Below are positions 1-11,100 of a stretch of DNA of 64,000 bases, piece after piece. The notes under the pieces were generated by a model. That model searched no databases. It was not told the origin of the DNA and worked only from the letters and a program-made list of their open reading frames with translations. Numbering within the stretch: position 1 is the stretch's first letter; every line of letters starts with the position of its first letter. The position numbers and the translations under genes were made by a program. This DNA is from Magallana gigas (lineage: Eukaryota): contig NC_088859.1 of NCBI RefSeq assembly GCF_963853765.1, positions 8,804,001-8,868,000 of the forward strand, given 5' to 3'.

Positions 1-105
1 GAACTAGTTAATTTTCAAAACTCCAGAGCATGCATAAATATGTGCAGATTTACATGTACATGTATTGACATTTCAGTTTTCCGTGTACCGGTATCTTGAG
101 TTTTC

Positions 106-107
<2 letters not shown>

Positions 108-160
<53 letters not shown>
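108..160. repeat. (GA)n microsatellite
   Basis: Uninterrupted GA dinucleotide run. Confidence 0.98.
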
Positions 161-164
<4 letters not shown>

Positions 165-3100
165 TGCAGAATGTTTTCAATTGTGTTTTCATATTGTTTT
201 TCTATGTATAAATGTATTTGTATGCTTACTTACAATGTATTTATAGTTATGTTTTCAATATTTTGTTAAAAAAGTGTCATCAGATTTATTTATAATGATG
301 AGTGCTAATAAAGGTAGTTACTCTGGTTAAACCATGTTTTGCATGATATAGTTTTGTGTGATTTTTTCTTTCTTATATGAATAATTATAGTTAACACAAG
401 AGAACAATTATGTTGGATAGAATATAAACGGTGCTCTTCAACTGCTCAAAATGTTCATATTGCAATTTTGCAAGTGGTGGTCATTTTTTTTAGATTCATC
501 GATAGGAGCTTCTCGTGTCTTTAGTGAAATGTTCGTAGAAGAGAAAATAATGTTCCCCCGACATGGACATTGGGGTGTATGATGCCACAATATCTTTAAG
601 TCACCAGAACAAAAACTACTCGGGGAAGTTTATAAACAGCGCAAATCATCGTAGAATTAGCCTTCTCTTCTGTGTGTAGTCCGAGCAATGCGCAGTGTAA
701 GCTGTTTGTTTTTGGGATTAGCTTTGTCTGGCGCTGTTGCCCTCGCGCTATTTACACAACTGGAATGTCGTTGTGTGCTGTTTTTCTGTTACAGTAATTA
801 GTTGGATATATTACATCGCTTGTGTACAATACTGATATTTATTAGGACTATCGTCGTCTCAAGCCACGGTCCGGAGTTCGCATGGCTTTCTCCTACACGA
901 CCAGATGGGAGAGGATTGTACATCTTGGCCGTGGTCTGCGATGATATAGGACTATATGAAGGCGTAAAAACTGCGCAGAATGTCTCATACTATTAAATTA
1001 TTCTTTTCATGTTGGTATTTAACAAAGAGAATTTTAGGAAAGGTGAAATATTGTTAATTTTTTTGTCTGTTTTTTGTTGTACTTGATCTGATTATGCCAA
1101 TATTTCTTATATTTTGCAAATTCATTACATTAGTGTACAAGTAATGTAAACTCGCACAATATTTTAAAAATGTCTTCGTTTGAAAAAATCAAGCTGTCAA
1201 TATAAAGTTGTGTTGTTTTTTTTAATTCATGAAGGCTCTTTTTGAAAAAGACACGCGGTGTACTGTTTTCAGAAAATGCAGGGGGGGGGGGGGGTGGGGA
1301 GTAGGAGTGGGGACTTTGAAAAAAGTTGGATAAAACTTGCTTTTCCATGCATACTTTTTCAGAGAGAAATCGGAGAGGACGTCTTGCTTAAATAAGATTT
1401 TATGAAATGAAGGGAAAAGTTCATGTCTACAAATTTTACATTCCTGTCAAATATTGAACACTTTGAACATGTTGAATGTGTTGTTCCTATAAAACACACA
1501 ATCAAAACTTCTAATCAACTTCATGTAATTTATTTTTGTATGTGCAATTTTTATCGTACCGGTATAATCCTCGTAAATCTCTTTTAAAATAGTCAGGTTG
1601 TGTATTTTATTTATCAAAATAAATTCTATCAGAAATTAAGGACACTTGTATGAACAAAACACGTGGTGTTGTAGTGTATAGATATCTGATACAAGTTCAA
1701 TATGTTTTTTGAATTACTGAAGAGTATCGCTTGTCCGAAATATCAAAAGTGAATTTTTGCGACATTACCATGTATTTTTCTTCGATAGTTGAATTCGAAA
1801 TAGATGTGGAAAACGTGTGCATGAAGAGATGAAGCTTTCAGGCAAACATGATTATTATTGTCGTTTAAACGATAATATATGTGATACCAAAGTAACACCT
1901 TTTATCCGGTGTGGCGCTATCGAAATATATCGCACTCACATTCGGAAGGAAAGTTAAAGCAATATGAGCTGTATTTTTTAGAATTTTATTTTGGTGCAAA
2001 AACCTTCTAGTATAATAAGTCTGCCTGAAACTTAAACTTTGATGATAAAAAAAAAGATTAAAACAAATCATTAATTTATTTCAGGAGAAATATTTCAGTT
2101 ATAAGGAATATATAGCAGATCAATTTTTGTACAGGACGACAATAATTCAATGTTGCTCCAATTAAGGCTTCTTAATGGCTTTTCCCTTAAAAACAGAGCT
2201 AACAGAAATTTAAAAACCATGATATTTTTGTCATTTTAGTAGAAAATAACATTTTCTTTAAAAAAAATTTCAACATGAAAATTGCAGCTCATATTGCTTT
2301 TATGTATTTTGGTATTTTGGTATACATGTTGCTTCCTTGCTTTATATGTCTAACAAAAAGCAGATACGTTGATTTTTCTATGAAAGCAAATGCTCCAATG
2401 TGAATTTTTAAAAATTCAAACACAAAGAGGGAGTAGACAGGGCTTGTGTACATTAAAAATGTGTAATCTCAGAGACACCAGAACAGCAACTTTTAGTCTT
2501 TGCAAATATTCATCACGAAAATTATTGAGCACATAATGAATATACCCAGAACGATTTCAGTTTATTTAACACCTTATTCATTTAAACAAAATGACTGTGT
2601 CATTTTTGGTTAGCAATCCTCTGGGGCTTTCTGTTACTATTTGAGACCAGCATAGCCCGTACACATGGTCATTTACCAGTACAAGTACTGGTGATGTTAA
2701 ATTAAAATTTCGATCTTCGTTTCCCAGGCTCCATGCAATAAGTCAACTAATCTTAGACGCATTTTATGTTTAATCACGACACGAGAACTCGTCGTGCTTT
2801 AATAGAATTTTTTATTTTTGAATCAAATATTATACATTCATACAAATATCTTAATTGCAGAGACACTTACAAGTTTATCACAGACACGCTTTTTACCGAG
2901 GTTGTTACGTATCCCTGCAGTTTATAAACAAAAAATACAACTGTATGAAAGTAATTATTTAGACACCTTAATTAAATGTAAGATATTTACAAAGTACAAT
3001 ACATAGAAATACTATAAGATATTGACGCGATAATCTCACTGAAATCCCACGTTGCATTGAATGTCACAAACAAAGCAGTCATTGATGAACATCTAGTCAT

Positions 3101-3708
3101 TTAATTCTCTTGCGAAAACTCGAAAAAATACATATTCGATGATAAAGACGTTATTTCTTTTCTCTCTGTGACTTAGTTTCTTCTTTCGTGGACAATCCGT
3201 GTCGCTGTATTTCACATAAAACTGTCACGTGTTTTTCTACGTTGCTCCCAGATGGGTTACTTCTTACTGAATCTTACATGCTCAGTCTGTTTATACAGTG
3301 AGGGGCATGATCACGATGTTAGCAGCACGGGTGGAAACAAAAACACGGAACGAACTTTTTTTTACACAAGAAAAAAGTGTAGGCTCCGTATACCTCGCTT
3401 TCAGCTTAACATATAACATTCTAGTTAGACAATCTAGACTACAGCACATGAAAAATAAAATTTGACGCTCAAAATTTCCGCTCAAATCGTGATCATGCCC
3501 CATTGGCAAAACAATGATAGGCCGACATAATAACAGAATTCTCTATGTTTGTGTACATGTATTTATGTTCAGTCCAGTAATTTGATGTCCACATCGGAAA
3601 CTCCAGAGAGAAGAGACGAAACGCGAAATGGGGGTGTCCAAGGGATCGAACAACGGCTTCAAGAGAGGAGTATCGTAGATGTCCATGTCGTCTCTAGATT
3701 TTTCTAGA

Positions 3709-5660
3709 TCACTGGAAACTCTTCAGTGCCAAACTACAAGCCACGAACAGAGCGGCTAGCAGTCCCTGGGCCTTCAGAGCGGGACCTCCATCTGGAAAGA
3801 TAAATACATGTTTAGAATATATACATAGATCGTGTTCATTTCTGTCCACTAGGGCATTGTTTTATTCACTACATTTAGTCTTAATAAATTGGTTACCACT
3901 TAACGACTATTGTTGTTTAAACATATTGTTTAATTTGATCGACAAAGTAAAGGACTATTCTTTGTTGAAATGCATTACTTTTCAAATCAACACAGACATA
4001 CGTATGGGAGAATTGTTAAAGCTTGCTTACTGAGCTGGATGTTGAGGGTGTATTCCATGGCTCTCTCGTAGCCGTCATAAGCGGCCTCGCATCTGATTTC
4101 TTGGTGCTGGTCCAAGCCTGTTAGAGCCATAGCCATCGTGCTCATTGCGTCTCCGTAACCTGCAATTAACAGCACATTGCTATTAGACCAATTAACCACT
4201 ATCTTTTAATCAAAGATTAGAAAGGTGAAATATTGAGACTATGAATTAGTTTATGCATGTCGTAGTCTTACCACTGGATCTGACGTTAGTTGTGTAGTAG
4301 TAAGCGTTCTGTGTGAGTTCCATCTGATTTACGCCCTTGAACCACTTCAGGTAGGGTGGGGGGTTAGCGTAGGTGGCTTTACAGGTGATGTTCACCACTC
4401 TACCGGCATATGGTGGGTTCTCCCAGTACACAGAAACGTTGTTTGGAAGAACTAATGAATGAAAAGATAAAGACTTCAACGTAGAAATACAAAATACAAT
4501 TAGTATATCAAGAATTAACAGTTTGATTATTGTTTTTAATAGAATGCATTTTGAAATCTGAAGAGAATGCCTACCGACTGGGGTGAAGGAAATTTCCCGG
4601 GTGGTGGACCCGATGCTGCATTGGTATAGTCCCTCATCAGACGAGGCCACATTGTTGATAGTCAGGTTAGCCGTGCCAGATACAGCATATTTGTTCTGGG
4701 TAGATGACAAAATGTTGGTGCCGAACGTCAAAGAGTCGTAGCCACTTCCCGAAGACTGTTTCTGGAAAGTAATACAATGTACCTGACAATGAGTACTTTC
4801 AAGCCTTTGATTTCTTTTCCAAATTGAAACCGCTGGACTTGTTTATTAACAACCTACTGTTGATTGATAGATAAAGTTAACAATTAATTTACCTTTTTCC
4901 ATGACACGTTGTCTGACCCAAGATTAGTAGCAATACATGCAAGTGTCCCAGTGCTTCCAATGGCAGCTGAGGTGTTGAATGGTTCAATGACAAAAGTCAC
5001 CGCCTGACTCACTGCAAACACAAATAATTCCATTTCTTTAGCTCTGGCATACAGATTAACGCGTTTTAATATGAGTTTCTCTCATTTCTAGGATGTCTTT
5101 AAGAAAATAAAACGTTTTAAAGTGGTAGGGTGATTGATCTTATTGTTTGAATATATTGCAAAATTAATTGAAGAGATAGACATTGAAAATAATTTCATTC
5201 CTCGTATCTTCTAGTATATCAATCCATACAATTGATCAAAGTAAGATTTTTATTTCTTTGTATGATATTTTCAATGCAATTTTTTTTTTAGAAATGGGAA
5301 AAAATAATTTGCTTTCTTAATGAATATACGTATAAATATGGAATTTATTGCATAGTATATATCGATATCTAAAAAACATGTCATGGAAAGTAAGAAGAGA
5401 CGAACAGTTTTAGATTTTTAAGGAATAAAAATCTCAATCAATTATAATTTTTTCAATTTTTGTAGTCATATAATTAAAATGTATTACATATACCATAAAA
5501 TACATAAATTCGAAAATATTACTCTTAAAAAATATTTTGAAATAACGAAGTTATAGTAATTTTTTAAAAGAAAATTTTAAAATATTAATTGAATGGTAAA
5601 ATAATCCGACAACAACTTACATCCGACTAAACAGCAAGCGAGGATCAAATATCCAACCAT
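3709..5660 (-). CDS. GPI-anchored two-Ig-domain cell-surface protein (~245 aa; V-like plus C2-like Ig domain)
   Basis: Six GT-AG exons splice in frame: 5660-5621, 5011-4893, 4761-4575 (in-frame alternative acceptor at 4782), 4451-4272, 4159-4031, 3791-3709. Signal peptide MVGYLILACCLVGLSQA; Ig1 with LAC...VSW...LTINNVASSDEGLYQC; Ig2 with ITCKATYANPPPYLKWF...IRCEA; C-terminal NGG followed by a hydrophobic tail and no cytoplasmic domain (GPI-signal-like). Confidence 0.85.
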
Positions 5661-5750
5661 GATGAGGCGTTCACTTTTTCCTTGGTGAGGAGGGGGTATC
5701 AATTCCAGGTGTCCACTCAGTCAATGGCCGAGAAACTCTGGACCCGTGAA

Positions 5751-5758
5751 TTTATATA
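5751..5758 (-). promoter_or_regulatory. TATA-box candidate for the Ig gene
   Basis: TATATAAA on the minus strand about 90 nt upstream of the ATG. Confidence 0.4.
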
Positions 5759-6424
5759 GATATTGTTACCGTGGAGACCGAGTCCGTCGTGCTTTTGTCT
5801 CCTAAATTGTAGGATCCATGTCCCCACTCGAATTAGAACTCGGCGCATGATGTCAGAAAGATGGCTAGTTAACATTTTTTGGATATAGTGATGCCCCTTT
5901 AATTAGCTTCTTATTTCTGTAAGCGTTGATCTTTGGTTACAAGCCGAACTGTTTGAATTGAGTAACAATGGTCTCGATGGCTCTAATGTAATTAGCTATG
6001 TAGAAGACAATCTGTCTATTATAGTTAGTAGTATATACTAAATATATGTATACTAAATTCATTTCATTATATTTGTTTGGTGAGATTCCATGGTGTTGTT
6101 TACTGCATATGGCCATTGATTTGTTTAGTTAAATTAATATTGTTAAATTCGTTGATACAGAGTCAACTAGACTTGTCACTAGACTTTTAAAAAGTTGGCA
6201 TCCTCTTCACTCGAATTAAAAGTATCATTCCTGTATAATTATTGAAAAATTGCAAAAAAAAAAATTAGACGTAACACACCCCCCCCTTTCCCCCCAACAC
6301 ACACACTAAATAAAAAGTCTGAATTTTGTAAAGGTCACGTGATTTTATATGCATGAAAAACGTGTTTTTACAATTCTTAGGTGTATTTGACCCTGCCTCA
6401 AGTGTTAAGCACATACATTATTAT

Positions 6425-6583
6425 CAGACACGTAGCATCGTTTTTGAAAGTAGGTGCATGGAAGGGGGGGGGGGTTGCAGACTCATCAAAAATATCTTGA
6501 CAAGGAAAAAAACAACTATGAACTTCCCAAAATCAAGAAATGTCTAATCCGTTGCAGCCCCTCCCCCAGATGCTACGTCCCTG
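6425..6583. mobile_element. Short non-autonomous element (MITE-like)
   Basis: Imperfect 15-bp inverted ends CAGACACGTAGCATC / GATGCTACGTCCCTG with an internal G-run; no clear TSD. Confidence 0.5.
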
Positions 6584-7023
6584 ATCATAAAATTCATTAT
6601 AAATATGTTACCTGCATATAAAACGTATAATCAATACGAGTAGGCCCACGCAGTTGTATCAGCACAGGGGTTTGATCCCAATCATAAATCTCCGTTATTC
6701 ATGTCTCAATTTATTTTAGAAGATACACATTTTTCTATATCCGATCTTAAAGCAATCTTATTGGTCCTTATTAGGTAACTTAATTATCAATTATTATCTT
6801 AAATATATTAAAATATAAACTGCATCTTAATTTTGGTATTAAATGTAAGTTGACACAATATAAAGTACTCGATTCTAGGATTCAAGCGGATGCCCGATGT
6901 TAAAAGTATCTATATATTTCACATTGTATATATACATATAGTTGTTTTTTTCCTTGTCAAGATATTTGTGATGAGTATAATATATATATACTCGTAATGA
7001 GATTATCCCCTGTATTATCATAA

Positions 7024-7044
7024 TTCAATTTCAATTTCAATTTC

Positions 7045-7079
<35 letters not shown>

Positions 7080-7480
7080 TGAAGATTGTACATACAACAT
7101 CCAATGTACATAAAACATTCAAAAGAGTTGGATGATTGAAAGAGCTAGGACAGACATGAACATTTAATTAGTATATATATGTATGTTTCTACACACTCAA
7201 TACAGTGTCTTCTGTATATTTATGTTAAACACCATACATAAATATGTCAAAATACAAATGTACATACAAATTTGAAATAGTTTATCATATGATTGAAAAG
7301 TTAAAAACCAATACTGATTTGACTAGGAAATACAAATTAAGGCAATGCCTTTTGTAAAAATTTACCAAGAGAGTTTAATATATCTAATTCTTCACAGTTT
7401 AAAATCCAAAATAATTTTTGTTTATCTTGCAAACTAGTATCATATTATTAAAAGAAATATTTTTAACGTCAGGCGCCTTG
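7024..7480 (-). mobile_element. 3' end fragment of a LINE (CR1/L2-like)
   Basis: The minus strand ends in AATAAA followed by an (AATTGA)n tail. Upstream residual frame FWILNCEELDILNSLGKFLQKALP* resembles a LINE ORF2 C-terminus (inference). Confidence 0.5.
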
Positions 7481-8174
7481 CCCATGGGGTAATTAAAAAT
7501 TCAATTCATTTTATTGATAATTACCATGTCGGCATACAGTCATGAATATGAGTTACATGTATTATAATGAAACAAAACATCAAACATAAGCATGCAAAAG
7601 CTAAACATTAACTACATGTAAAAATACCAGGGACGTATATATACTTCCCTGCTAATACATCTACAATGGACAAAACAGTGTGTGGACAAAGCTAAGGCTA
7701 GTGCAAAAATTATTGGTATTCATAACTGAATTGTATAAAGGTTCATCTTTGACTTTCCAGTCAAACAGACAGTACTGTATTAATTCTCCGGTTCTGAAAA
7801 CAGTAAAAAAGCAGATCGAGACATATACATATATACGTGAATCAATAACATGTGACAGAAATACGTCCCTGAAAAAAAGTAAAAAAAAAAATATATATCA
7901 TCAACTGAAGAAAAAAACCAGTCAATTTGGAAACTTAATTAAAAAAACCCATCTATTTGTCTGTTAGTGCTGGGTCGTGGTCATGGAGAATGTGCTTGAT
8001 TGATTAACTATGCACACGGATATTCACGCACCCCCCCCCCCCCCCCCCCGGCCAAAAAAATGTATCGAACGTACCAACGTACGAGTTACTAAATACGCAA
8101 CTCATTCGTATACTTTTGAGAATTATCCTTTAAAGTGATCAAATTTGAAGTGAATTCCGAAAGTAACTTTGAAA

Positions 8175-11100
8175 ATGGAGGGTAAAGATGAAAACAACGT
8201 TGGACATCCAACATTAAACTCCCAAATTGACGAACAAACTACAACGACGTATGCTATAATAGAAGACGCTGGACAAGTAATTGAGGGATCTCTAGCAGAT
8301 GCAGTTCAAGAAGCGGTAGGGTCCTTTCCTTTTCATGAATTTCATTTTCGTAGTTTGATTATGGGCTTGATCACTGCACATGCCTTTGAATTTCTATCAA
8401 TAAGCCGCTAAATGTAGGAGAAGAGAAAGATATATATCCTATCTATATAAAAAGTGTATTTATATATAGATAGGGTATATATCTTTCTCTTCCCCTACAT
8501 TTAGAGGCTTATTGATAGAAATTCAGAGGCCTATAGCTGTGATCACTGCATGATATTGCTAAATGCCATGCTTATCGTTAGAAGATTGTGATTCGTTTTA
8601 ATCAGACTAAGGGAAATTTATTAAAGTTGAACACTAGGATAGTCACTTACATTGAAGTTTAAGATGTGTTTATGTGTGGAGACCTCGTTTGTGTGTGTGA
8701 AAAAATTCCACTAGAATTTTCTTAGTTCTCATTCAGCAGCACTTATAACACTGTTTGAATCTCTCGTTGTAAACCCTCAATAACACACACGAGGTGCTTA
8801 GAGAATTTGTAAATAAAGTGGAGACAAAAATTAAATGAAAAGCATAAACAAAGAATATATGTTTATCAAGTTAATTACTTTAAACATTTGAATTAATATG
8901 GGAAGTTCAGTCCAATATCTTTTAAATCTGTTTTCTAGAGTGTTCAGTATTTTGAGGTATCGACTGATCAACTAGCCAACTTGGGGCTGCTGGCCACAGT
9001 CTCCTCAGATGAATTTCACAGCTTTAGTGTGGGCACTGAACAGGGACCCTCGGGATTCCAGCTGGTGCAGGCAGAGGAAGGTGGACAGGGGCCCTCAGGA
9101 TTCCAACTGGTGCAGGCAGAGGAAGGGGGACAGGGACCCTCGGGATTCCAACTGGTGCAGGCAGAGGAAGGGGGACAGGGTGTGAAGATGCCAGGGATAG
9201 AACCAACTCTTCAGTACCTGACAGGTTGTAGAATGATACCTATAACCTTACACATTCAAGCGCCTATTCTTGCTTACTTGTTTTAAAGTGAAAAGTTTAC
9301 AGTGATTTACTGTTTTTAAATTGAACGAACTTTTGGTTTTTTGTTTTGTGAATAGATACCACTCTTTATTCATTAACTTGTAAGTTTAACAGAGCAGTTC
9401 TTAGAAAAACTTGCAAGTAACAGGTAGTTTCTTTTTATGATTATTGTTGTTCCTTTATTTTGTTTTTCCTGTCTTTATATAATTAAAATACTTTTGATAT
9501 AGGAAACATAACTAATGAATCTGTAAAAATTGTTAAAACAGATGGAAATAAAATTTGCCCTTTACACCATAAAGAGAATTGAAAATGATTTTTAATTTTC
9601 AGGAAAAATAAGTTTCACAGAGTTCAGTCAGCTGATGGACACAGATGATTCTGAGCAGGTTGTTGACATTGACAATGTGGCCCAGACAATACATGTGACA
9701 GATGTCATCATGCCAACAGAGGAGACGATTGTAGAGGAGGAAGAGGACGAGGAGGGGGCGGATGATGGAGGCGGCCAATCAGAGGACATGGAAGCAAATG
9801 AGAAATCTCCCAGAAAGAGGATGCGTGAGTACATTGTGGAATTGGTAAAATTTGTAATAAGTTTCTATGATTTTGTTGTTACCCCTCACTCATGAAATAC
9901 TTAAAATTACATCATCAATTGAATATGAAATCAAATCAAATCTCTGTATACAAATGTAAGTAATTTTATATACATATTATACCAATATTTTTTCTTTGCA
10001 GGTAAAAAGAAAAAGGTATGTATCCTCAGTAATTTAGACTAAAATAGTTTTTGATGGAAATACAGAATTTGATAAATATACATGTATATCTTTATTATAC
10101 CTCTGTTTCGGGACAATAAACTCATTGCCAGTAAATAGGTATACTGTAGAAGCACATATATTCGTTAGGTCCAAATTTCGTTTGTTTTTGAACCAAATAA
10201 AATTTCGTTGGCATTTAATTTCATCATATCGTATTCTCTTTGTATTCATTAATACATTGGCTAAAAATTCATCATGGATTTAATTTTCGTTGTTTTTTAC
10301 TGCCAACGAAAATAACGAAATTAAATTTTGTTTGATATCGGTATTCTTTACTTTAGTTTTTGCTTTTCTGGTAGAAATACAGCGATTTACCCATACATCT
10401 AGAGGGACTGATGGGAGAAGCTAATATCAAGTTTGCTCAAGGAGATCATGAAAAGGCCATATCAATATGCATGGATATCATCAAGATGGGTATAAAGGAC
10501 ACATTGTCTGCTGTATCTTGTTTCAAAGACATCCTCACACATAACTTAAATCAAATTCTTTACACATAAAAGTTGTGGTGCATAGATATCAAAACTCAGT
10601 ATTCATACCTGTATCTTGCTCGAATCGTCCAAAACAAGACCCCTGTATTCTGTATTATTAAAAGAATTAATTTTTCTGCTCTGGTCAATATTTATTCTAA
10701 CCCTGATTTCAGCTCCAGAAGCATACATGCCCTTTCAGACACTGGGCCTTATTTATGAGGACCAGGGGGACCTCAAGAAATCCCTTCAGGTGAGATGATA
10801 CAGACTCTAAGTTGTGACAATCAAGATTGGTGATAGTTATACTTAAGTCATGTTATTTGTTTTGATATCATTTTACATGATAGACATGTTGTTTTTTGAA
10901 ATTCCTTTATTGCCGTACCGATAAATAATTCTAATGTTGATATGTACAATATAATTTGATATATTTTATTTCTTGTTGTGTACAGTACAGTTTGATATCA
11001 GCGTACCTAAACCCAGTGGACCGTAACAGCTGGATCCGACTCGCTGAACTATGTCAGGAGCTGGGAGACAAACAACAGGCCACTCTCTGTTACACCAAAG

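Noticed and set aside
6640-6685. B-box-like GGGTTTGATCCC suggesting a tRNA or SINE
   Set aside because: No cloverleaf and no A-box at proper spacing; at most a decayed SINE head.
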